DNA from: a virus
DNA: 64,000 nt
Direction: 5' to 3' (one strand)
IMG/VR virus record: IMGVR_UViG_3300020442_003949
Location: 27,013 to 91,012 of that record
Shown here: one piece after another, positions 56,957-64,000 of the stretch
Layout of the letters: every line of letters starts with the position of its first letter
How positions within the stretch are numbered: position 1 is the first letter of the stretch
Made by a program: the position numbers and the translations under genes
The notes under the pieces: generated by a model
What the model was told of the DNA's origin: nothing
Seen by the model: only the letters and a program-made list of their open reading frames with translations
The model's database searches: none

Positions 56957-57188
56957 AAGGCAAATGGGTATTTTTTGTTGTTTCTAGATTATCTTCAATT
57001 ATTGCTGCAATTATTTGTTTATCATCAGCAGATATTTTAAACATTACATCATCATAGGATAAAGATCCACGCATATACCATGCAAGTCTATATACTGTGT
57101 GTTTAATTTGTTTAGATTCTTGTTCGTAGGTTTTTGACAGGGTTATAAGGTCAGATTCCGAGTAGTTAATGATTTCTTGCCGAAAAAA
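56949..57188 (-). CDS. -1 frameshift extension of the gp26-like gene (G/GT-type tail assembly chaperone, 77 aa)
   Basis: The frame is open from slippery T-TTT-TTC (57188-57182) to TAG 56949: RQEIINYSESDLITLSKTYEQESKQIKHTVYRLAWYMRGSLSYDDVMFKISADDKQIIAAIIEDNLETTKNTHLPFI. No ATG occurs in its first 36 codons. Confidence 0.7.
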   Translation of the reverse strand, partial: FFRQEIINYSESDLITLSKTYEQESKQIKHTVYRLAWYMRGSLSYDDVMFKISADDKQIIAAIIEDNLETTKNTHLPFI

Positions 57189-58012
57189 CTTGAATAATCC
57201 ACTGATATTTTAGATTTAAATTCATGTTCGCAGTTTTCATTACTACATTTTGCAGAAAAATCAGGCAGAGACCATGTATCATTCATTTCTTTTACAGTGT
57301 CTTGGATCATATTGAAAATTTCTGCGTCATTATTAATTACAAATTGTTTTATAGCATTAAAATCAAATTCAACATCCGTGCCGTTAGAAATATTATGCAC
57401 GTGATTTATTGCAACACTTGCTGTTAATTGGGTTAAGTCATTGAATACTTCTTGCCGAAGCTTGTCTTTACGGTCGGTATCCTCGTCTGGTATGGCTTTT
57501 TCTATATGAGCTAATCGTTTCTGCAGTGAAAAATTTTCTTTACTTAACGAAGTTTGTTCAGAATAATTTAAAGGACGTAGTTCAAAACGCAGATCAGTTA
57601 TATTGAAGCTTTTCTTAATTTCATTACTAGACAACACTTCTAGTAACCCTGGTAGATTCAAATCATGTTCTGTCGATTCATTACATTTTGGACAGCTTGT
57701 TGTTACAGGCATTGTGTCACCGTAGGTTGCCATGCGTATTGCAATTAATATGTAATCCACGTCATAACTTACAAGTTTCCATGGATCCAATATGTTAGGC
57801 ACACAGCTTTTTATTATCTGTGCAGTAGCTTCACCAGAAAATAATGCATCCGGAGTTTTGATAATTAATTCGTCCATTGTATTCATACCAAAGACTGGCA
57901 ATCCGTCACTCTTTCCGTCTTTAATTATACTTTCATCATAAAAAATACCTGTAGAAGGAAGATCTATGAATATTTTTGCTTGTCTTTGGTATTGTTGTAA
58001 AAAACTTGTCAT
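57143..58012 (-). CDS. Baseplate hub assembly protein / tail chaperone (T4 gp26-like)
   Basis: IDLPSTG.FY, DELIIKTPDAL, DVDYILIAIR..TYG, CPKC...CSNENC zinc site, ends DYSSFF. Confidence 0.75.
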   Translation of the reverse strand: MTSFLQQYQRQAKIFIDLPSTGIFYDESIIKDGKSDGLPVFGMNTMDELIIKTPDALFSGEATAQIIKSCVPNILDPWKLVSYDVDYILIAIRMATYGDTMPVTTSCPKCNESTEHDLNLPGLLEVLSSNEIKKSFNITDLRFELRPLNYSEQTSLSKENFSLQKRLAHIEKAIPDEDTDRKDKLRQEVFNDLTQLTASVAINHVHNISNGTDVEFDFNAIKQFVINNDAEIFNMIQDTVKEMNDTWSLPDFSAKCSNENCEHEFKSKISVDYSSFFGKKSLTTRNLTL

Positions 58013-58022
58013 TGTTTTCCCA

Positions 58023-58043
58023 TATAAATATAATATACTTATA
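58023..58043. promoter_or_regulatory. Paired late promoters for divergent genes: TATAAATA (+, 58023-58030) and TATAAGTA (-, 58036-58043)
   Basis: Both lie in the 56-nt gap between the divergent starts at 58012 (-) and 58069 (+). Confidence 0.6.
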
Positions 58044-58068
58044 TTCTGATTTTGTAAGGAAATTATTT

Positions 58069-60813
58069 ATGGCTTTTACGCAAGATGAATTAGATCAACT
58101 GAAAAATACTTTAGCCCAAGGCATAGAAACTGGATTTAAAAAATATCAACCAACCAACAATCAACCAGGGACTAGATCAGGTCCTCCAGGAGGCTCTTTA
58201 GAATCTGCCTTAGGTGCAGGATCCGACGGATTAAAAGGTGCCTTTGGTGATATGATCGGTGTACTTAATAATGGTAAGGGCAATCTAGCTGATTTTGGCA
58301 GCATGGTAAGCAAAGTAGGAGACGGATTAGGCAGTGCATTTACAAATATACCAATGATCGGTGGTGCATTAGGCGATGCGCTGAAAGGTTTAAGTGGCGC
58401 TGTTGCATTTAGTAGTGCCCTAATCCAGGACAATGCTGATATGTTCCGATATCTCAGTAAAGTAGGAGGAGGATTCAACGGCGATCTAGGTAAACTTAGA
58501 ATACAGGCAGCAGAAGCAGGATTAGGTTTACAAGACTATGCTGAATTGATCTCAGAAAATGGACAAATAATGTCTATGTTTGCAGGAGGAGTAGACGGCG
58601 GTGCAGAAGCAATATCAGAATTAGGTAGAGGATTATTTGAAACTGGAATGATTGACCAGTTTATGAATATGGGAATGACTGTTAAAGAAAGCAATGAATT
58701 TTTAATAAGGAATTTAGCTTTAACAAGACGAAGCTCTTTGTTTCAAAATAAAAGTACCCAAGAACAAATATCTGCAGCTAATGAGTTAGCTATAAAAATG
58801 ATGACAATGAGTAAACTCACTGGCAAAAACATCCAAGAAATGCAAAATGAAATGATGGAGAGAAATAGATCCGGAAAATCAATCGCTGCTCTAAGATTAC
58901 TAGAGATGGATGGTATTTTGAATGCGGAAGATGCGCGAGCTGCAATGCAAACTGGTTTAGAAGGTGCACCGAAGGTGATGAAAGACCTTATGGATGATTT
59001 AATTGCTACAGGTGTGCCTATGAGCGAAGCTACTAAGAATTTTGCTGCAATCAACGGAGAAGCATATAATCTAGCTATGCAAGCAAGAGAAGCATTGCAA
59101 AGAGGTGACACAGCAGAAGCAGAACGCTTGACTAAAGAAGCTACTGCAGCTACTTTAGAATTTGCAAAAAGTAGGCAAGGACTTACCTTAGCAACCTTAT
59201 CTGATGTAAGTGATGTTGCCCAAACACAAGCAGATGCGCTGGCAGAAATTAATCCATTAATTACGCAGATAGAGCAGCATGTTGGAAGGACGGGAGATGT
59301 AATAGAAGGATTCAATCTTGTTGTAGAAGAAATGACTCAAAAAGTTAGAGATACCGCTGCAGGTACTATGCCAGGTACCGAAGTATTTGGAGCAGTGCGA
59401 GAAACTGAACAAGTTATGAGTCAACTAGCTGCACAAGTTAATCGCCTAATAGGTGAAGGATTGAGCAGTGAAGAAATGATGAGTGCAATGCAATCATATA
59501 CCCAAACTCTTGAAAATGTATCCTTTGAGGAATTAGAAGATAAGATCCAAGGAATGATTACTACCGCTTCGTCTTTGGTCGATAGAGATCCTATAGATAC
59601 GCAAACTGCGGAGCTAGAAAAATTAATTAATAGGAAAGATGAAAATATCGCATTCCAGCTGCAAGCAGGAAAGGAACCAGTAACTGCTGAGGAAATCTAT
59701 ACTTTGATGCAGCGAATGAAAGATCCAAATTCTTCAGTAGATGATCAACAGGCTGCTTTTTCTAGACTGCAAGAATTAAATGTGCTAGACAAAGATAAAA
59801 ATGTTACAGAAGCGTACATGAGTGAAAAAGCAAGATTCCAAAAGAAAGATTTTGAAGAAGTAGAAGCAAGCGATAAACGGATAGAATACAAAACTATGCT
59901 AGACGATTTAAGCGAATCAATAGGCGGATTTGTAAATGAAACATTAGATTCTTGGTCAGAGAAATTTAATAAGTTTATAAATGAAGATCTTGGTTTACAG
60001 GCATTCTTAGATAAATTTGAAAGTTTTTCAGAGAAATTTATGAAGTTTGTAAATGAAGATCTTGGTTTACAGGCATTCTTAGATAAATTCCAAAGTTTTT
60101 CAACTTCATTAGGAGAAATAAAAGATTCATTTTCTATTACAATTGATGAATATACAGGTAAGCTAAGAGATAGTATTGACGGAGTTGTTGAATGGTATGA
60201 CGAAATGACAATTGCAATCGATGACTTTATAGCAAGTATAAAAAAATCATACAATAGTATAACTGAATGGACGAAAGACATGCAAACTACTATCCAAGAA
60301 TTTTTTGAGACTCCATTTAACGAATTATGGAATGAATGGTTTGGTAGCACAACAGATAATAATGAAAAAGCCACTGTAGGAATGTTTACACCTCAGAGTT
60401 CTACTGATTTACCTATTCAGATTGAAGATCCTGTAATGCCTAATCAAACAATCAGTAAATCTTTAGCAAAACTAGAAGATATAAAAACAAATGTTCCAAA
60501 TCGATCAGATGTAGCAACAGCAAAAGAATATGAAAAACTTGCAGCAAAAATTCAACCAGAACAAAAAACTATCACTGATCGACAATATCAAGAGCTTATA
60601 GATGCAACAAATAAAAATACAGAAATTTTAAATACCTTAGCTCTAGCTTATACTGAATCACAACCTAATAGAATGCAAGAAAATCCAGATTTAACTAAAT
60701 TACTTACAGATCTTAACACAACAGCGAAACAACAATTAGAGATAAATACACAAAGCATGAATCTAACAAAGAAAAGTCTAAGTCTTAACAATGATCAATT
60801 AATGTATGCCTAG
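58069..60813 (+). CDS. Tail tape-measure-like protein (914 aa)
   Basis: Long alpha-helical Ala/Gly/Glu-rich protein with periodic W/F repeats in the C-terminal part. Start moved to ATG 58069 (AAGGA RBS, late promoter), which removes the overlap with the gp26-like gene. Confidence 0.7.
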   Translation: MAFTQDELDQLKNTLAQGIETGFKKYQPTNNQPGTRSGPPGGSLESALGAGSDGLKGAFGDMIGVLNNGKGNLADFGSMVSKVGDGLGSAFTNIPMIGGALGDALKGLSGAVAFSSALIQDNADMFRYLSKVGGGFNGDLGKLRIQAAEAGLGLQDYAELISENGQIMSMFAGGVDGGAEAISELGRGLFETGMIDQFMNMGMTVKESNEFLIRNLALTRRSSLFQNKSTQEQISAANELAIKMMTMSKLTGKNIQEMQNEMMERNRSGKSIAALRLLEMDGILNAEDARAAMQTGLEGAPKVMKDLMDDLIATGVPMSEATKNFAAINGEAYNLAMQAREALQRGDTAEAERLTKEATAATLEFAKSRQGLTLATLSDVSDVAQTQADALAEINPLITQIEQHVGRTGDVIEGFNLVVEEMTQKVRDTAAGTMPGTEVFGAVRETEQVMSQLAAQVNRLIGEGLSSEEMMSAMQSYTQTLENVSFEELEDKIQGMITTASSLVDRDPIDTQTAELEKLINRKDENIAFQLQAGKEPVTAEEIYTLMQRMKDPNSSVDDQQAAFSRLQELNVLDKDKNVTEAYMSEKARFQKKDFEEVEASDKRIEYKTMLDDLSESIGGFVNETLDSWSEKFNKFINEDLGLQAFLDKFESFSEKFMKFVNEDLGLQAFLDKFQSFSTSLGEIKDSFSITIDEYTGKLRDSIDGVVEWYDEMTIAIDDFIASIKKSYNSITEWTKDMQTTIQEFFETPFNELWNEWFGSTTDNNEKATVGMFTPQSSTDLPIQIEDPVMPNQTISKSLAKLEDIKTNVPNRSDVATAKEYEKLAAKIQPEQKTITDRQYQELIDATNKNTEILNTLALAYTESQPNRMQENPDLTKLLTDLNTTAKQQLEINTQSMNLTKKSLSLNNDQLMYA
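59956..60102 (+). repeat. 72-nt (24-aa) tandem duplication in the tape measure gene
   Basis: SEKFNKFINEDLGLQAFLDKFESF / SEKFMKFVNEDLGLQAFLDKFQSF, near-identical DNA. Confidence 0.9.
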
Positions 60814-60825
60814 GTAGAGAAATAA

Positions 60826-62598
60826 ATGAGCTGGAAAAAATTTTTTACATCAGTAGATCCTACTGGTTCTCAAAATTCAGGTTTTGGACCTATAAGTGGT
60901 CGTGAATTTTCAAGTAAAGCGGGACCTGCAAAAACAAATTATAATTCTTTCTTACCAGACGTTTATACAGGCGCTCCTAATCGTGTAGAAAGATATGGAC
61001 AATACAATACCATGGACATGGACTCGGAAGTAAATGCTGCACTAGATATCTTAGCTGAATTTTGCACTCAAAAAAATAAAAAAAATGATACACATTTTGA
61101 ATTCAAATTTTACAAAAATGCAACAAATACAGAAGTTCAAATTCTAAGTGAATACTTAAAACAATGGTATAAGTTACAACAATTTGAAACAAGAATGTTC
61201 CGCATTTTACGTAATACATTTAAATATGGTGATGCATTTTTCTTAAGAGATCCTGAAACAAAAAAATTATTTCATGTTGATCCAGGAAAAATAAATCGTA
61301 TTATAGTAAATGAAAGTGAAGGTAAAGAACCAGAACAATATATTGTACAGGATGTTGCTTTTAATTTTAAAAATTTAATTGCTACGCAACCGCTACAAAC
61401 AAACGGTAGTGTAACTGGCGGAGGTACTGGATACTTAACAGGTGGTGTAAGAGGAATGACTGGGCCTACAAATCCAGGTCAAGTTGGATCTAGATTTCAA
61501 TTAGAACAAGAAGAAGTAGCAGTAGATGCTGATCATATGTTACATATCAGTTTAAGTGAAGGCTTAGATGAAAATTTTCCTTTTGGCAATAGTTTATTAG
61601 AAAGTATATTTAAAGTATACAAGCAAAAAGAATTATTAGAAGATGCTATAATAATTTATAGAGTTCAAAGAGCACCGGAAAGAAGAGTTTTTTACGTTGA
61701 TGTGGGTAACATGCCTAGTCATCTTGCTATGCAATTTGTTGAGCGTGTAAAAACGGAAATCCATCAAAGGAGAATCCCATCCAAAACAGGCGGCGGAACA
61801 AATGTCATAGACAGTAGCTACAACCCCCTGTCAATCAATGAAGATTATTTTTTCCCGCAAACAGCAGAAGGTAGAGGCAGTAAAGTAGAAACATTACCTG
61901 GAGGCACAAATCTAGGCGAAATAGATGATTTACGATATTTTACAAATAAATTAGTTAGGGGATTAAGGATACCCAGCAGCTATCTACCTACAGGTGCAGA
62001 TGACAGTAATGCCCAATATAATGACGGTAGGGTAGGTACAGCTTATATTCAAGAATTAAGGTTTAATACATATTGTGAAAGATTGCAAAATTTGTTAATT
62101 GACGAATTTGATCAAGAATTTAAAAGATACTTACTAGAAAAAGGTGTGAATATCGATACATCTATGTTTGATATTAAATTTTGTCCTCCACAAAATTTTG
62201 CTGCATACAGGCAATCAGAATTAGATACTGCACGAATTGGAAGTTTTGGTCAAATACAAGCAATTCCTTTTATTGCCAATCGCTTTGCATTGAAACGTTA
62301 CTTAGGTCTTAGTGAAGAAGAGATTGCCGAAAATGAACAACTTTGGCGAGAAGAAAATGATGAAGAATTAAATGCAACAGATACAGATGCTGCAGCAGAA
62401 ATGCGAGGAGTAGGTATTAGTGGAGCAGGAATTAGTTCAGATATTTCAGGCGCAGAAGATATTGCAGATATTGAAAATATGGAGGACGGAGGAGAAGGTG
62501 AAGCTCCGACAAGTGCTACAGATCCACAACCGGCTGCTGATGCAACAGCTGGAGCAGATGCTGGAGGAGTACCAGGACCAGGTGGTGCAACGGTTTAG
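60826..62598 (+). CDS. gp20: Portal protein (T4 gp20-like)
   Basis: LLEDAIIIYRVQRAPERRVFYVDVGNMP, EDYFFPQTAEGRGSKVETLPGG.NLGEIDD..YF..KL..GLRIPSS. Confidence 0.95.
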   Translation: MSWKKFFTSVDPTGSQNSGFGPISGREFSSKAGPAKTNYNSFLPDVYTGAPNRVERYGQYNTMDMDSEVNAALDILAEFCTQKNKKNDTHFEFKFYKNATNTEVQILSEYLKQWYKLQQFETRMFRILRNTFKYGDAFFLRDPETKKLFHVDPGKINRIIVNESEGKEPEQYIVQDVAFNFKNLIATQPLQTNGSVTGGGTGYLTGGVRGMTGPTNPGQVGSRFQLEQEEVAVDADHMLHISLSEGLDENFPFGNSLLESIFKVYKQKELLEDAIIIYRVQRAPERRVFYVDVGNMPSHLAMQFVERVKTEIHQRRIPSKTGGGTNVIDSSYNPLSINEDYFFPQTAEGRGSKVETLPGGTNLGEIDDLRYFTNKLVRGLRIPSSYLPTGADDSNAQYNDGRVGTAYIQELRFNTYCERLQNLLIDEFDQEFKRYLLEKGVNIDTSMFDIKFCPPQNFAAYRQSELDTARIGSFGQIQAIPFIANRFALKRYLGLSEEEIAENEQLWREENDEELNATDTDAAAEMRGVGISGAGISSDISGAEDIADIENMEDGGEGEAPTSATDPQPAADATAGADAGGVPGPGGATV

Positions 62599-62610
62599 GA
62601 TAAATACAAT

Positions 62611-62865
62611 ATGATACTTAGAGAAATTTTTTACTACAACAAAGAAACTATGGAAATGAATGACGAGGATCGCTATCAACCTCAATATGATGATTCTATA
62701 GTTGATTTAGATGATACTAGGAAAATTAGACTTACATTAAAACAAATAAATCGTGCAAGAAAATCTAGCGAAATGCACGAAAAAGAAAAAGCAAACGAGT
62801 TGGAATTTGTAAGACAGATGTACGGTATGGCTGCACAAGCGGCTGCAGCAGAAGCGCCTATTTAA
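62611..62865 (+). CDS. Small head-module protein
   Basis: MILREIF...DTRKIRLTLKQINRARK...VRQMYG; directly after the portal gene. Confidence 0.7.
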   Translation: MILREIFYYNKETMEMNDEDRYQPQYDDSIVDLDDTRKIRLTLKQINRARKSSEMHEKEKANELEFVRQMYGMAAQAAAAEAPI

Positions 62866-62869
62866 TATT

Positions 62870-63595
62870 GTGAAAATAAATAAATCTCTTTATACCAAAG
62901 CTGAATGTAAAGCTTTAATAGCTGAAAAAAGAATTCAAAAAAATAAAAAAAAAGACCTTCCTACACAAAATTTAAAAGTTTCAAATAAATTTGATATACC
63001 AACAACCAATAAAATAGCCTTTGTCTTAGGAAATGGTACTTCTAGACAAGGAATTAATCTAGAAAAACTCAAGAAATTTGGTCCGATCTACGGTTGTAAT
63101 GCGATTTATAGAGATTTTTTAGTCGATTATTTAATTGCAGTTGATGTTAAAATGGTTTTAGAAATTAACATGGCAGGGTTTCAAAATCATAATAAGGTTT
63201 ATACAAATCCTAATAAAGCATACTCAAAAATGAAAAATTTAAATTTTTTCCAACCTAGCAAAGGATGGAGTAGTGGACCAACAGCATTATGGCTTGCATC
63301 TACACATAAGTACGAACAAATTTATATTTTAGGATTTGATTACAAAGGTTTAGCTGGCGGAAAAATTATTAATAACATTTATGCTGACACAAGGAATTAT
63401 AAAAAAAGTACAGATGGTGCTACATTTTTCGGCAATTGGATGCGACAAACAAGGAGCGTACTTCAGGAGTTTAAACATATAAAATTTACAAGGATAATTA
63501 ATGACACTCACAATTTTTCACCAAGAGATTTAGAAGACTGTAAAAATTATAATACTCTACACTTAGATTTTTTTAAAAAACATTTTACAGTGTAA
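62870..63595 (+). CDS. Maf/DUF115- or sialyltransferase(CstI/II)-like Rossmann protein
   Basis: AFVLGNGTSR, IYGCNA, DYLIAVD, SSGPTALWLA, IYILGFD. Confidence 0.55.
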   Translation: MKINKSLYTKAECKALIAEKRIQKNKKKDLPTQNLKVSNKFDIPTTNKIAFVLGNGTSRQGINLEKLKKFGPIYGCNAIYRDFLVDYLIAVDVKMVLEINMAGFQNHNKVYTNPNKAYSKMKNLNFFQPSKGWSSGPTALWLASTHKYEQIYILGFDYKGLAGGKIINNIYADTRNYKKSTDGATFFGNWMRQTRSVLQEFKHIKFTRIINDTHNFSPRDLEDCKNYNTLHLDFFKKHFTV

Positions 63596-63692
63596 AATGA
63601 ACGTTTTTTCACCTTTTTAAGCTGGTTTTTTACATTTTAAGTAAATAATATTATGACAGCCTTACCATTTGGTAAATTTATAGGAGTTAATG

Positions 63693-64000
63693 ATGGCAAA
63701 AAAGAATGTTAGAAAAAAAGTTAACGAAAATACAAATAACGTTAAAGTTGACAAATTTCAACAAATGTTAGAATATTTAGTTAATGAAGAACAAGCAAAA
63801 GCAGAAGCAATCTTCCATGAAATAGTGGTAGAGAAATCAAGACAAATTTACGAAAACTTACTTGAAGACGAATTAAATGACGAAGAAGTTGATGAATCAG
63901 ATGACGAAGAAGTTGATGAATCAGATGACGAAGAAGTTGATGAATCAGATGACGAAGAAGTTGATGAATCAGATGACGAAGAAGTTGATGAATCAGATGA
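63693..64000 (+). CDS. Acidic prohead core/scaffold-like protein (5' part, runs off the window)
   Basis: AGGAG RBS at 63682; MAKKNVRKK...KFQQMLEYLVNEEQAKAEAIFHEIVVEKSRQIYENLLEDE, then acidic repeats; position downstream of portal. Confidence 0.65.
   Translation, partial: MAKKNVRKKVNENTNNVKVDKFQQMLEYLVNEEQAKAEAIFHEIVVEKSRQIYENLLEDELNDEEVDESDDEEVDESDDEEVDESDDEEVDESDDEEVDESD
63877..64000 (+). repeat. Perfect 24-nt tandem repeat (DDEEVDES)n, at least 5 copies
   Basis: atgacgaagaagttgatgaatcag x5 plus a partial copy at the window end. Confidence 0.95.

Noticed and set aside
57976-58068. N-terminal 31 aa of the 945-aa ORF as given in the track
   Set aside because: It overlaps the divergent gene and spans the promoter gap. 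ATG 58069 has an RBS and a late promoter upstream.
63662-63675. Inverted repeat TTACCA-TT-TGGTAA just upstream of the RBS of the last gene
   Set aside because: Short and weak, with no second copy noticed; not enough to call an operator or regulatory hairpin
63877-64000. 24-nt repeats as a CRISPR array
   Set aside because: The units are contiguous with no spacers, lie in frame within a CDS, and no cas genes are present
1-64000. Stop-codon reassignment, as seen in some large phages
   Set aside because: Genes tile densely under the standard code, and TAA, TAG and TGA all end genes at sensible boundaries

Overview
This window is an AT-rich, gene-dense segment of a large T4-superfamily-like (probably jumbo) myovirus genome that uses the standard genetic code. 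(1) 1-17966, minus strand: about 19 tightly packed accessory enzyme genes. They include five radical SAM proteins, a QueC-like PP-loop ATPase split by a T9 frameshift, a UDP-sugar dehydrogenase, about six glycosyltransferase-like proteins, a methyltransferase, a cupin/2OG-Fe(II) oxygenase and a kinase-like protein. A perfect T4-type late promoter (TATAAATA) heads the block, which lies directly downstream of the tail-fibre genes. (2) 18026-51308, minus strand: tail-fibre and baseplate module, including a 5505-aa giant protein and gp6-, gp25-, gp5-, gp27- and gp53-like genes. (3) 51384-55642, plus strand: a sigma70-type promoter, then gp55 late sigma factor, gp47/gp46 (Mre11/Rad50-like) and an Hjc-like nuclease. 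A roughly 390-nt highly structured non-coding element follows. (4) 56060-64000: a gp26-like hub/chaperone gene with an apparent -1 frameshift extension missing from the ORF track, a tape-measure-like gene, portal gp20, a Maf/sialyltransferase-like gene and the start of an acidic head core/scaffold-like gene with a 24-nt tandem repeat. The best leads are a putative late-expressed virion glycan synthesis and radical-SAM tailoring system, the structured ncRNA/origin-like element, and two slippery-site frameshifts. All family calls come from motifs read by eye. No database searches were run.
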